Shown piece by piece: positions 9,475 through 19,047 of a stretch of 64,000 nucleotides of DNA (its first letter is position 1; each line of letters begins with the position of its first letter). Source of the stretch: a virus (lineage: Duplodnaviria; Heunggongvirae; Uroviricota; Caudoviricetes); the IMG/VR virus record IMGVR_UViG_3300031413_000001; one strand, 5' to 3'. The position numbers and the translations under genes are program-made. The notes beneath the pieces are model-generated. The model was not told the origin of the DNA. It was given only the letters and a program-made list of their open reading frames with translations, and did no database searches.

Positions 9475-9585
9475 ATGCAGAATCTTAACGCTTTCGTCAA
9501 GACCAACAAGCAGATCGCCAAGGGTGTGCAGACTCCCAACTCGGTCCTCGATGCACTGGTCGAGCAGCTTAAGAATATCCGTTGA
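9475..9585 (+). CDS. 36-aa hypothetical protein (not in ORF track)
   Basis: AAGGAG RBS; MQNLNAFVKTNKQIAKG... Confidence 0.6.
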   Translation: MQNLNAFVKTNKQIAKGVQTPNSVLDALVEQLKNIR

Positions 9586-9616
9586 CACGGTGGTGCTCTA
9601 TGTTTAGAGCTGGCAT

Positions 9617-10156
9617 ATGAGCACCACAATTGGCTTCGGCTGCGGACAGATCTACAACTTCCCAGAGATAAAGAACTTTGTGCGTCTTTATCGTGAGGAG
9701 ATGATCCGTCGAAAAATGCCCAGCACATGGCCTGACAGCGAGCACATCCATCAGGCCCATCTTTCCTACAACGACGAACCCATCACGATGATCATGTTCG
9801 CTCCGCTAAAGCTGAGCCATGACGCTGACAGTGTGGGCAAGAACGTCTACGTCGCGGGTGCCTATACGCGACCTAGTTGGCGTCGAACCGGCCTCTACAG
9901 TGATCTGGTCAACCTGATGGTTGATGAGTGGAGGCTGGAAGACTCCTATGATTGGCTTCGTGGTGGCTTTCACCTCAACAATGAAGCAAGTCGGGCCATG
10001 CAGTTAAGTCAGGGTCGGGAGTTCTACGAGGTAACTCAGGACTACCAGCGGACCCGGTTGAGCCTTCGCCCACTGGGAACCGAAGAGCCAATGTCCCAGG
10101 AAAAGCTTCGTCCCATATTGGAAAAGCTGGATAGATTATCTGGAATAACTGGTTGA
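9617..10156 (+). CDS. GNAT-family acetyltransferase
   Basis: YVAGAYTRPSWRRTGLY motif A; N.AS motif B. Confidence 0.7.
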   Translation: MSTTIGFGCGQIYNFPEIKNFVRLYREEMIRRKMPSTWPDSEHIHQAHLSYNDEPITMIMFAPLKLSHDADSVGKNVYVAGAYTRPSWRRTGLYSDLVNLMVDEWRLEDSYDWLRGGFHLNNEASRAMQLSQGREFYEVTQDYQRTRLSLRPLGTEEPMSQEKLRPILEKLDRLSGITG

Positions 10157-10205
10157 CTCCCTGTCCAGTTCTGCTAACTAGAACTGGACAAGAGGGAGAA
10201 ACAGC
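10148..10205 (+). promoter_or_regulatory. early promoter with 11-bp inverted repeat around the -10 box
   Basis: GGTTGAC...TGTCCAGTTCT-GCTAACT-AGAACTGGACA...AGGGAG. Confidence 0.8.
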
Positions 10206-10514
10206 ATGGCACGGACTTATCGGCAGCGCGATCCTGGACTGATCCGGGCAATCCGTCGCAATCGCCACAACGACACCACCGTGCAGGCATGGCGTCCCCT
10301 TGACAGCCGGTATGGTCGCCACGATCTCGCCATCCTTCGTGGACAGGATGGCGCCATCAAGATGGACAAGTGCCAGGACGCCAACATCGACAACGATGGC
10401 GGGTTCAAGCTCAACGGTCACGACTGGACCTACTTTAAGAACAACACCCGCGAGGTTCGCCGTAAGCGCCGTGAGGCAGGCAAAAAGGCTATCAGCCGCG
10501 CACTTGAGTGTTGA
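10206..10514 (+). CDS. basic hypothetical protein
   Basis: promoter and RBS; Arg-rich. Confidence 0.75.
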   Translation: MARTYRQRDPGLIRAIRRNRHNDTTVQAWRPLDSRYGRHDLAILRGQDGAIKMDKCQDANIDNDGGFKLNGHDWTYFKNNTREVRRKRREAGKKAISRALEC

Positions 10515-10558
10515 ACTGCTGATCTCCACAAACTATGGTGTGCCCATAGGAGAACAGC

Positions 10559-10939
10559 ATGATCAATTTTGCAGCCTTTGAAGCACTGATCGGATTTATC
10601 ACTGGTGAGCGAAAGCGCCAGACACAGCTTCACGAGGAATTCCTCGCATTCTTCCAGGATCTGGTCAAGATCCTCCCCGATGATCTGGCACGTGAGTTCG
10701 GCAAGGTAACGGCCCCCACGATGCACCATGGGCAAAAGCGCGACTATCTGATCGAGCTCACTGTCACTGATCTTCTGTGGTGGCGCACCATCGTGGACGA
10801 GGGTGGTCGCTTTATCGCAGGCACCGTGGCGGTTCAGCGGGATATCTGGGATCATCTGAATCGTCAGCTGCTCACAGGTTCGCTGACCGATGAGCAGCGC
10901 CTCCATCTTCTGAATCTGATGAACCAGCCCGACGACTAA
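10559..10939 (+). CDS. hypothetical protein
   Basis: AGGAG RBS. Confidence 0.75.
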   Translation: MINFAAFEALIGFITGERKRQTQLHEEFLAFFQDLVKILPDDLAREFGKVTAPTMHHGQKRDYLIELTVTDLLWWRTIVDEGGRFIAGTVAVQRDIWDHLNRQLLTGSLTDEQRLHLLNLMNQPDD

Positions 10940-10978
10940 GCGGTTGACGATCAGCCAGTCTGGGCATAGGAACTGGTT

Positions 10979-11572
10979 ATGAAAGTTACTTCCCATCTAG
11001 GCCAGCATATCAGCCCAGGCTTCCATTTGTTTGAGACGGTGCGAACCGAGATCAAGCAAGTTTGGTTCTGTGGTTTCTTGGTCTCCCATGAGGAGATCGA
11101 GATTCCAGAGGAGCATGGGCTGCATATTCCCGACCCGGGTCTTGATGGTCCGCCTGAGGATGACAACTCCTGGCCGGTTCGTGGAACGTTTACGTTTGCG
11201 GATCGGACCTGGATTGTGGTTCGAGACGATGACATCGGCTTTTGGGGATGGAATGGGCGCGAGCCCCACACCCGTCAGTCCATGCTGGAGGCCCTGGATT
11301 TCAGGCATCGCGCAGCAATGCAGGAGGGGCAGATCAAGGGGTGGTGGGACTTGGATGCAACGGGAACTGTTCCACTCCAGAAAGCAATCCAGGTCAGCAT
11401 CCAGGACATGGAAGCGCAGAACAAGCCGCTGATGGCCCACCTGATGGTGGACTTGAAGTTCTTTTCCAGCGTCAGTCAAGCAAAGAAGAATGGCTGGGAT
11501 AAGCCTCTTGAGCTTGGCCGACATGAACTCGGCCCCAAAAAGAAACGTGCCTTTGTGGAGATCATTCCCTGA
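10979..11572 (+). CDS. hypothetical protein with S4/TyrRS-C-terminal-like motif
   Basis: AHLMVDLKFFSSVSQAKKNG...LGPKKK. Confidence 0.5.
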   Translation: MKVTSHLGQHISPGFHLFETVRTEIKQVWFCGFLVSHEEIEIPEEHGLHIPDPGLDGPPEDDNSWPVRGTFTFADRTWIVVRDDDIGFWGWNGREPHTRQSMLEALDFRHRAAMQEGQIKGWWDLDATGTVPLQKAIQVSIQDMEAQNKPLMAHLMVDLKFFSSVSQAKKNGWDKPLELGRHELGPKKKRAFVEIIP

Positions 11573-12060
11573 TGGTCAAGGAAACAATAGGCGGCAGAGG
11601 AGATCCCAATATGGCCAGCAAACCACCCGAGAACCCGGAGTATCGCTACTATGGTGAGAACCCTCGCCGTCGTGCGCTAACAACGGGACAGGTTCGTTTC
11701 CGTCTCCAGCACCGGGGAAGCCGCGAACCACTTCTCATCCTCCAGATCGAGGAAAACCACGAGGAGCAGAAAAGTAACCGTGGGGGAACCTACTGGCGTC
11801 CCATCGAGGGCACTGCGTGGCGCGATGCCAAGCTGGAAGACCTCTCGGTCATGGATATCACCAAGCTGAACATCATCCGCGATGGTGGCGAGATGCCGGT
11901 GTGTTTCCGTCCCTTCAAGAGCTGGTTTGGCACTGAGCGGCTGATCCTTCAGATCATGCAGGGAAGTGTGGGAAGCCCCAGCTGGGTGGACGCCAAGATG
12001 CAGGATCTGCTGTTTAAGGATGGCAAGATCCTGGGCGGCATTGGGCTGGTTGCACGATGA
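11572..12060 (+). CDS. hypothetical protein with duplicated LxLQ...WxDAxxxDL domain
   Basis: two internal repeats. Confidence 0.75.
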   Translation: MVKETIGGRGDPNMASKPPENPEYRYYGENPRRRALTTGQVRFRLQHRGSREPLLILQIEENHEEQKSNRGGTYWRPIEGTAWRDAKLEDLSVMDITKLNIIRDGGEMPVCFRPFKSWFGTERLILQIMQGSVGSPSWVDAKMQDLLFKDGKILGGIGLVAR

Positions 12061-12422
12061 GCGCCAAGTGGGTACGTACCGGCAAGACTCGCCTGTTCAT
12101 GGTGTCCAGGTGGTTTCGTCGACCACTGGTTGGCCTGCAGGTTGAGTTCGTGGACGAGTCCTATTATGACAACGGCCGACGCCCAACAACTTGGGAATCA
12201 GCTGGTCTTTCGGACTTGACAGCCACCAAGGGAATAGATCCCAGGGGTCCGCAGAGCTCAATCCGCTACCGGGCTCACAAGACAGGCGTCTGGCGAAACC
12301 TCTGGCTGGTCATGCAGGTCTGTGACGATCCCGATTCCAACAAGTGGCGGGATGCGCGTGTTGAAGACCTGGGAGACTTCGCGCAAGTTTCCTGCGAAAG
12401 CTACAAGTCAGCGAAGAATTAG
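12057..12422 (+). CDS. paralog of upstream gene, duplicated LxLQ...WxDAxxxDL domain
   Basis: two internal repeats; ATGA overlap. Confidence 0.75.
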   Translation: MSAKWVRTGKTRLFMVSRWFRRPLVGLQVEFVDESYYDNGRRPTTWESAGLSDLTATKGIDPRGPQSSIRYRAHKTGVWRNLWLVMQVCDDPDSNKWRDARVEDLGDFAQVSCESYKSAKN

Positions 12423-12955
12423 CCCTCTAGAAGAGGTGGCTGAAGGGCCTGACGGTACTCAGTAAGCATTGTCCACTTGGGTGGAAGCGTGTCGCCGTGA
12501 CGGGCTTCCATCAGTGCCCACAGTGCTAGGAAGACTTGCAGGTTCAAGTCCACGTCTCGCTCACAGTAGGGAACCATCCGGGGATCAAAGCGGTAGAAAG
12601 AAAAGGGAGTGTTGAGCTTGGGAAGTCCAAGTATCTCACCCCAACTGTCCAGCTTGTGATCGCTCATCTTGGTCAGGGCTTTGCTCAGATACAGGGTGTC
12701 TAGGACTCGATCACGATCAAACGTTACTGTGCCCTCCATGATCTTTTCAATTACCCTGATGTCAAAGCTCTTGATATTGTGACCAACCAGCAATTTTGCG
12801 GCTTGCAAACGCATGATAGCCACTGCAATGCGTTCCGGACCCACAAAGCTCTCGCGCTCATAGGTGATCAAGTCGATCATGCAGATACACCAGATACGCT
12901 TGGGCTTGAAGCCGTCGCACTCCAGATCGAACAAGATGTATTCCCAGTTTGACAT
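12419..12955 (-). CDS. stand-alone DEDDy 3'-5' exonuclease (family A/T7 polymerase exo-like)
   Basis: ExoI FDLECD, ExoII GHNIKSFD, ExoIII YCERDV. Confidence 0.85.
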   Translation of the reverse strand: MSNWEYILFDLECDGFKPKRIWCICMIDLITYERESFVGPERIAVAIMRLQAAKLLVGHNIKSFDIRVIEKIMEGTVTFDRDRVLDTLYLSKALTKMSDHKLDSWGEILGLPKLNTPFSFYRFDPRMVPYCERDVDLNLQVFLALWALMEARHGDTLPPKWTMLTEYRQALQPPLLEG

Positions 12956-13003
12956 GTGTTCAGTTTACACTATGTTGCCCAGAGTGTCACTTTAGGAGTT
13001 GCA

Positions 13004-13354
13004 ATGTCGTATCCTGATTATCTGGAAGAGAAGATTCCACGTAGTGGTCGACCCTGCACCTGCGGGGCAACCTACCACAACGCGATGATTGGACGGGCCG
13101 AGACGCCTTTTGCCGACTATGCGGCTCTTCTAAGACGTCAGGGTCCCAAAAATTACCAGCTGGCATCGTCGATCGAAAAGTTCTACGGCGAGCAACAAAG
13201 TCATGTGTTCTTTGACTTCTTCCCAGCGGCCGCTGCAACCTATCGGATCGATCAGAGAACCAGTGCACCAATATCTGGGTGGCAACTCGACCAAGACCGT
13301 CGATGCCGGGATGGTCAGATCTACGACAAATGGGGCTATGTTCTCCGTGAGTAG
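13004..13354 (+). CDS. hypothetical protein
   Basis: AGGAG RBS before ATG 13004. Confidence 0.7.
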   Translation: MSYPDYLEEKIPRSGRPCTCGATYHNAMIGRAETPFADYAALLRRQGPKNYQLASSIEKFYGEQQSHVFFDFFPAAAATYRIDQRTSAPISGWQLDQDRRCRDGQIYDKWGYVLRE

Positions 13355-13889
13355 AAACTACACCACAAAGGGTGGATGGCGCCATTTTCGTGAGCGACTT
13401 CAGGAACGCTATGAGCTGCAGATTCCCTATGAGGAGTGGAAGCTTCTAGGCCATCAGATGCAAAATGGTGCCGGCTACGTCAGTAGGAACAGCTTGACCA
13501 AAAGCTGGTGGATACTTCAAACAAGCGCAGGACAAATCTTTGCGCTCCACGACAGCAAGACCAAATGCTTTATCAGCGTGATGCCCCTGGAGATGCTCCG
13601 GAGTGCCATAGACGGTTCGCCACGTGCCCGAAAGTATCTGGGCTTGACAGAAGTCAATGGCAAGCATAGGAAATGGTATGCAAGACACACCGGACAAGCC
13701 TATGAAGAGCGACCCTGGGTCCCCAAAGGAGCCAGAAAGCTGGAGCCAGTATTGCTCGAGGATGTACCGGGAGGATCCTCACGGGATCAGTCCACAAAGC
13801 GTGGAAGTGGACGAGGCAACCCGTGGCTACTGGTCGGCGGGCTTACGCTGGCCGGATGGTTCCTCGGTCGAAGGTATCGTCTATTTTAA
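13347..13889 (+). CDS. hypothetical protein
   Basis: GTG overlapping upstream stop; HFRERLQERY motif. Confidence 0.6.
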   Translation: MSRNYTTKGGWRHFRERLQERYELQIPYEEWKLLGHQMQNGAGYVSRNSLTKSWWILQTSAGQIFALHDSKTKCFISVMPLEMLRSAIDGSPRARKYLGLTEVNGKHRKWYARHTGQAYEERPWVPKGARKLEPVLLEDVPGGSSRDQSTKRGSGRGNPWLLVGGLTLAGWFLGRRYRLF

Positions 13890-14040
13890 CTTTGGCGCAG
13901 CTATCAAGGCTGCCCGTCGTTATGGCTTCCTGCTGCCGGAGGTCAACGTTGCCAATCACGCTCGACTGAAGGCAATCCGTGAAGCTGGCGAGCCCGAGCC
14001 TTTTGTGGAGCCCAGTAAGCGAAAGAAGTCCAGTGACTGA
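13702..14040 (+). CDS. hypothetical protein (start uncertain)
   Basis: fills gap to next gene; overlaps previous ORF. Confidence 0.5.
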   Translation: MKSDPGSPKEPESWSQYCSRMYREDPHGISPQSVEVDEATRGYWSAGLRWPDGSSVEGIVYFNFGAAIKAARRYGFLLPEVNVANHARLKAIREAGEPEPFVEPSKRKKSSD

Positions 14041-14269
14041 GAGGCCAGTAGCTGAACAGCCTGGCTTTCACAGGATAGAGACAAGATCACTGGATCGTTG
14101 GGAGATCGAAGAACTCTTTGAGTTCTTGACAGGACTGCCCAATACCAAGTGGACGCAAACGGACATTGCGATCTCCAAGGATCGAATGATGACCTCGCGG
14201 AAGGGAACCATTGTTCTCTACGAAGACCAGCGTGACGAAGCAATCTACGCCAAATTGAAATGGGGATAA
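14033..14269 (+). CDS. hypothetical protein, C-terminal AxxFKL-motif family
   Basis: ends EDQRDEAIYAKLKWG. Confidence 0.7.
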   Translation: MTERPVAEQPGFHRIETRSLDRWEIEELFEFLTGLPNTKWTQTDIAISKDRMMTSRKGTIVLYEDQRDEAIYAKLKWG

Positions 14270-14272
14270 GCG

Positions 14273-14608
14273 ATGGTGATGACAGCCCGCGACAAGGAAC
14301 TGGCCCTCAAGTTTATCGAGAACAGTGATCCACCCAACCCCACTGAGTACCAAGAGCCAATGGGATGGACTGGCAGCTTCAACTGGTACAATGGCTATGA
14401 TGGAAGCCAGTTCCACAAGATCACTGCGTCCTATGGTGATCTTGTTTACCGGGAGGACGAGGGTCTCAAGTACAATGGCATCTACTTGGATCTCTCCTGG
14501 TGGATGAGGTGCCGTGTCTATTGGGCAGCCAAGCGTTACGCGGAGTTTGGCCGTGCGATTGAGCACGACATTTTCGAAGCAGCTCGTCAGGCCGCGATCG
14601 CCGAATAA
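14273..14608 (+). CDS. hypothetical protein
   Basis: operon context. Confidence 0.7.
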   Translation: MVMTARDKELALKFIENSDPPNPTEYQEPMGWTGSFNWYNGYDGSQFHKITASYGDLVYREDEGLKYNGIYLDLSWWMRCRVYWAAKRYAEFGRAIEHDIFEAARQAAIAE

Positions 14609-14658
14609 TTGGTTGACTGGCTGGATCCTGGCACTACGTTGAAACAAAGGAGATCGAC

Positions 14659-15021
14659 ATGAGCACTGAGTTCGATATCAAACAGTTTCTGTGGTTCAAG
14701 GACGAGGCCAAGAACTCGGACAAGATCTGGGGCTACGTGGAAGTCGCGGGCAAGATCTACAACTTCTGGGGTCGGCGCGCCGATCTCGATGGCAAGAAGA
14801 AGCTGACCTTCAAGCGGTGGCCGGGTGTCTGGGGCGCATATGATGCGAGCTCCAAGGCCAGCGAGAAGAAGCGGAAGGGCTACCGTGAGGTCGACATCTC
14901 GAAGACCGACGACGGCGACTATCCGGGCATCGAGGCTTGCTATGCGGGCTTCACGAAGAGCTTCAAGAACCAGCTGACGTTTGCGCGTCTGGCCGGCACG
15001 GTCTTCGGCGAGGAAGTCTAA
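14659..15021 (+). CDS. WGR-domain protein
   Basis: SDKIWG...FWGRR...K.RKGY. Confidence 0.75.
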   Translation: MSTEFDIKQFLWFKDEAKNSDKIWGYVEVAGKIYNFWGRRADLDGKKKLTFKRWPGVWGAYDASSKASEKKRKGYREVDISKTDDGDYPGIEACYAGFTKSFKNQLTFARLAGTVFGEEV

Positions 15022-15207
15022 ATGGCCGAGGAGATCACTGCGGCTCGCTTTCGCGCTGCGGTTGGTCGCGAGCCAGAAAACGATGACCTGTCCCGCAGTA
15101 ATTGCTCAGAGCGAGGTGATGATGGTCACTGGTGTTGCGGCTGGGATCATGCGGCCAATCTTCCGGTGTTCATGACTGGAACAACCATCTACCGACTGGA
15201 AAAGTAA
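15022..15207 (+). CDS. small Cys-containing hypothetical protein
   Basis: GREPENDDLSRSNC..G..GHWCCGW. Confidence 0.7.
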   Translation: MAEEITAARFRAAVGREPENDDLSRSNCSERGDDGHWCCGWDHAANLPVFMTGTTIYRLEK

Positions 15208-15392
15208 TGCTTTGGGGACTGACATACCATACTATTCAAATGGTATTGGCTTTTCTGTTCGTGTTTCTCGCCGGCGCCCAAATGGAGCGCGGACGAGTGG
15301 CAACCAGCTTGTTACTCTTAGTTGTGGGAATCTTGACCTTTCTGGCCGAGGTTTCCACCTTTCTAGTCTTCATTGGACCACTGATAGCCTGA
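15207..15392 (+). CDS. small membrane protein
   Basis: TAATG coupling; 2 TM. Confidence 0.65.
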   Translation: MLWGLTYHTIQMVLAFLFVFLAGAQMERGRVATSLLLLVVGILTFLAEVSTFLVFIGPLIA

Positions 15393-15598
15393 TGAAACGA
15401 TCAACCATAGAAACAATCAGTCAGAGTCTCAAGGTCGTAGGAACCATAGTGGTTGCCCTCATGGCTATTTGGTTACTGACAGACGATGTTCAGCCCAACT
15501 ATGTCCAGGGACGGATGATCATGGGCTTTCTAATGATCATCCTGGGCTACTTGATAGATATCAAGTACCTATTGGAAGATCGAAACAACACGAGGTAA
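15392..15598 (+). CDS. small membrane protein
   Basis: TGATG coupling; 2 TM. Confidence 0.65.
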   Translation: MKRSTIETISQSLKVVGTIVVALMAIWLLTDDVQPNYVQGRMIMGFLMIILGYLIDIKYLLEDRNNTR

Positions 15599-15602
15599 CC
15601 CA

Positions 15603-15992
15603 GTGAGCGATCCAATCAACAATTCGGAGCGGCGACCAGTCCGCATCTTGACCGCGATGCCCAGCGACACCAACCCAGATGGTGACATCTTTGGTGGATG
15701 GCTGATGAGCCAGATGGATCTCGCGGCCGCTGCGGTTACCAAGCGCCGCGCTGGTGGTCGGACTGTAACGGTGGCCGTTGAGGGATTCAAGTTCATGGCT
15801 CCCGTGAAGGTTGGCGACGAGGTTGTCATCTACGCGGACATCAAACAGACTGGTCGTTCCTCGATGCACTGCATGGTCTGCACCTATGCACTCGCAGGCT
15901 GCACCGGAGTGGCCACCAAGGTCTGCGAAGCCATGTATGTTTTCGTCCACATCGACGAGAATGGCAAGAGCAAGAGGCTTCCTGAGGAATGA
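15603..15992 (+). CDS. yciA: acyl-CoA thioesterase (YciA-like hotdog fold)
   Basis: MPSDTNPDGDIFGGWLMSQMDLAA; PVKVGD. Confidence 0.88.
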   Translation: MSDPINNSERRPVRILTAMPSDTNPDGDIFGGWLMSQMDLAAAAVTKRRAGGRTVTVAVEGFKFMAPVKVGDEVVIYADIKQTGRSSMHCMVCTYALAGCTGVATKVCEAMYVFVHIDENGKSKRLPEE

Positions 15993-16222
15993 CGCACAAG
16001 ACCATCTGGGTACTGGAGCATCTTCTCTTTGGGGCATTTGTTCTCTTCGTCACCCTCTTGCCAGCGATCGTCAGTCAGATTTACAAAGCATGGGCGTTGG
16101 GTGGTCGAAGTGCCCTTCATCCTGCGGAATACAAGAAGATTGAGAACCGTGAGTTCCTGATCTTTGTTGTTGGCTACCTGCTGCTGGTGATCATCTTTCT
16201 CTACACGGCAGCACCCAACTAA
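15989..16222 (+). CDS. small membrane protein
   Basis: ATGA overlap; 2 TM. Confidence 0.7.
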   Translation: MTHKTIWVLEHLLFGAFVLFVTLLPAIVSQIYKAWALGGRSALHPAEYKKIENREFLIFVVGYLLLVIIFLYTAAPN

Positions 16223-16261
16223 AGGCTAGACAGGCAGGCACTTTGGTGCAACTACTGGACT

Positions 16262-17542
16262 ATGACAGTAGTGACACGCTTTGCGCCAAGTCCAACTGGC
16301 TACCTTCATATCGGAGGAGCCCGTACGGCACTCTTCAACTGGCTCTATGCTCGGCATATGGGTGGAAAGTTCCTGATCCGCATTGAGGACACCGACAAGG
16401 AACGGAACACTCCCGATGCCATCGAGGCAATCTTCACCGGGCTGGCCTGGCTGGGTCTAGATCCCGACGAGGATATCGTGCTGCAGAGCAGGAATGCCGC
16501 CCGTCACGTCGAGGTAGCCAATCAGCTGATCGACCAGGGCATGGCCTATTATGATCCCAACAACGTCAATGAAGAGGGACAGGGGGCTGTCCGGATTCGT
16601 GGTATCAAGGGCGAGCAGACCATCGAGGACTTGGTACAAGGCACGGTAACGTGGCGCCAGGATATCGATGACTTTGTGATTCTCCGAAGCGATGGAACGC
16701 CAACCTACATGCTGGCAGTGGTTGTGGATGATCACGACATGGGTGTCACTCATGTGATTCGCGGTGACGACCATCTGAACAATGCCTTCCGTCAGCTGAG
16801 CATCTACAAGGCAATGGGCTGGCCCATTCCCCAGTATGGTCACATTCCCCTGATTCACGGCGAGGATGGCAAAAAACTCAGCAAGCGAACCGGCGCGGCA
16901 TCGGTTGACGAGTACCGGATGGACATGGGCATCCTGGCACCCGCGATGGTCAACTACCTGGCACGACTGGGCTGGGGACATGGCAACGATGAGCTGTTCA
17001 CGATGGATCAAGCCATTGAGTGGTTTGACATCAAGGACGTGGGCAAGGGTGCAGCTCGTCTGGACAGGAAAAAGCTGGCCAGCATCAATGGCCACTACAT
17101 CAGGAACACGGAGCCCGAAATCCTTGCAAGGAACTGGGTTGGACCGCTTCTGCATGAGCAGGGCATTGACTGGGACGATGCCATGCTCGTTGGGGCAATG
17201 GCGGCGCTCCGTGAGCGTTCCACGGACCTCAACGCTTTAGCGAAGGGAACCCAGTTTCTCTGGGACCTGCGACCCATCTTCATCGAGGAAAAGGCTCGCG
17301 AAAAGCTAGACGGCAAGATCCTCGAGGAACTGGATGAGCTGCTGGTTAGTGTGCCCTGGGACAAGGATCACCTGGAGCATCGTGTCAAGGCCTACGCGGA
17401 CGTGATGGGTCACAAGCTGGGAGTGGTAGCCGGTGTCCTCAGGGCAGCACTGACTGGTAGCACAATCAGTCCGCCGATCTTTGATGTAATGGTCCTCCTG
17501 GGAATGGAGCAGACCCTGGGTCGCATGAGGGATGCCAAGTAA
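16262..17542 (+). CDS. gltX: glutamate--tRNA ligase
   Basis: RFAPSPTGYLHIGG, RIEDTD, RGDDH, KLSKR; C-terminal anticodon domain. Confidence 0.95.
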   Translation: MTVVTRFAPSPTGYLHIGGARTALFNWLYARHMGGKFLIRIEDTDKERNTPDAIEAIFTGLAWLGLDPDEDIVLQSRNAARHVEVANQLIDQGMAYYDPNNVNEEGQGAVRIRGIKGEQTIEDLVQGTVTWRQDIDDFVILRSDGTPTYMLAVVVDDHDMGVTHVIRGDDHLNNAFRQLSIYKAMGWPIPQYGHIPLIHGEDGKKLSKRTGAASVDEYRMDMGILAPAMVNYLARLGWGHGNDELFTMDQAIEWFDIKDVGKGAARLDRKKLASINGHYIRNTEPEILARNWVGPLLHEQGIDWDDAMLVGAMAALRERSTDLNALAKGTQFLWDLRPIFIEEKAREKLDGKILEELDELLVSVPWDKDHLEHRVKAYADVMGHKLGVVAGVLRAALTGSTISPPIFDVMVLLGMEQTLGRMRDAK

Positions 17543-17886
17543 TGGACGTCTTTGATACAAACAAAAAGTGGATCACGATTGGTCTGGAGGTTTCCTACAG
17601 ATACGGGGACAAGATGCGCTTTGCCACTGTCACCGATATCACAACGGATGGTCGTCTTTATTGTGATGACAACTTGCTGGAACTTCTCCCCGATGAAGTC
17701 ACCATTGTGGAAGAGGATCCAGTGGAGCGCCTGGAAGCTGACATGCGCCGATATATCTATGACAAAACGCCCGACCGTCGCATCGCTTGCTTGACAGCAT
17801 TCCAGGAGCGAATGGGCTTGAAGCCCTGGTCGGAACGTGAAGAAGAAAAAGCTGCTGCTCGTCGAAAGGAACTGGGTTTTGATTGA
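17542..17886 (+). CDS. hypothetical protein
   Basis: TAATG coupling. Confidence 0.7.
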   Translation: MDVFDTNKKWITIGLEVSYRYGDKMRFATVTDITTDGRLYCDDNLLELLPDEVTIVEEDPVERLEADMRRYIYDKTPDRRIACLTAFQERMGLKPWSEREEEKAAARRKELGFD

Positions 17887-18409
17887 GACAACTTCGGGCT
17901 ATCAGATGATCGTGGAACACTATGGTGACCGGACAACCCGGCGGTCCCTGGTTCCATTGATCAATCACATCCACGAGGGGCTGGAGATCCTAGACCGGCT
18001 AGAGGCTGACCTGACAACCAAGGAAGCCTACGCCGTTCATCCACTGTTTCAGGCCGACGATGACCTACGGGCCAACTTCACCAAGATTGACCGCCTGGAC
18101 AACATGGTCGCTGCCTATGCGATGGAATACCGCAACGTTGCCAATGACTTCCTGAGCAATCAGGTCGCAACTGGTCCAAATGCCTGGGGACGTGAGGAAA
18201 CCTATCCTCTGAAGCCTCTTCGTCTGTCACCCATCCCAGCAGTCAACAACATGCTGATTGCCGACAAGGTGCAGAACCGGAAGGACTTTATTGCCTTTCA
18301 TCAGCCCACCCACCCGCGGTCTCGAGAGCTTACGTTCTACTTTGAGCACTGGCTCAAGCGACTGGGCGTCAGTGAGGAACGCTATCAGGAACTAATCGAC
18401 GGTTTATAA
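17879..18409 (+). CDS. hypothetical protein, degenerate HD-like fold (start uncertain)
   Basis: NHIHEG...VHPLFQ...MLIADKVQN spacing parallels HD hydrolases. Confidence 0.55.
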   Translation: MIETTSGYQMIVEHYGDRTTRRSLVPLINHIHEGLEILDRLEADLTTKEAYAVHPLFQADDDLRANFTKIDRLDNMVAAYAMEYRNVANDFLSNQVATGPNAWGREETYPLKPLRLSPIPAVNNMLIADKVQNRKDFIAFHQPTHPRSRELTFYFEHWLKRLGVSEERYQELIDGL

Positions 18410-18426
18410 GAATTTGAGGAATATTC

Positions 18427-19047
18427 ATGCGTAACTGGCGAGTACGAACACGAGCGCAGCACAAGGCGCGCTTTCATGCTTGGAAGAACAGTGATAGCGA
18501 TCATTTCAGCTGGGAAGCGCCCTGGTCTCCCATCTGGCGATCTCAATATACTCGCCGGTGGAAGCGGGACATCAAGCATGTCAAGGAAGGCTTGGCCAAG
18601 TTCGCTGAGTTCCCCTACTATGAGGACTGCAGGTATCATGTCTGCCGTCAGACCAATATCGAGGCTGATCACAACTATGGTCGCATTGACATTGAGGGCG
18701 AGAGCCTGATCAACGGTACGCCATCCAATTGCTCCTATGAGCATTGTGGGATCGTTCACCTGACCAAGGAAGATGGCGAGGAGCGCGCAGCTTTCGTGAA
18801 GGCAATGGGCATGATGCCCTACCAGCTCAAGTATGTCTATGGCATTCCTGAGGACAGGGAAAAGCTGATGCAGAGTCTCCGCTACTCGCTGGGTCTGGAG
18901 CGCGTCTGGAACTTCAACGAGAATGGCGGAACGCAAGAGATCACTGACGAGGGCAAAGCCTGGCTGTTTGACGAGACTGGCGTCACCTATGATGACTTGA
19001 AGCCCATGGAGCAGGAAGAGATGCAAAAGGCCCTGGCTGAATCGTGA
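18427..19047 (+). CDS. hypothetical protein
   Basis: GAGGA RBS. Confidence 0.75.
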   Translation: MRNWRVRTRAQHKARFHAWKNSDSDHFSWEAPWSPIWRSQYTRRWKRDIKHVKEGLAKFAEFPYYEDCRYHVCRQTNIEADHNYGRIDIEGESLINGTPSNCSYEHCGIVHLTKEDGEERAAFVKAMGMMPYQLKYVYGIPEDREKLMQSLRYSLGLERVWNFNENGGTQEITDEGKAWLFDETGVTYDDLKPMEQEEMQKALAES

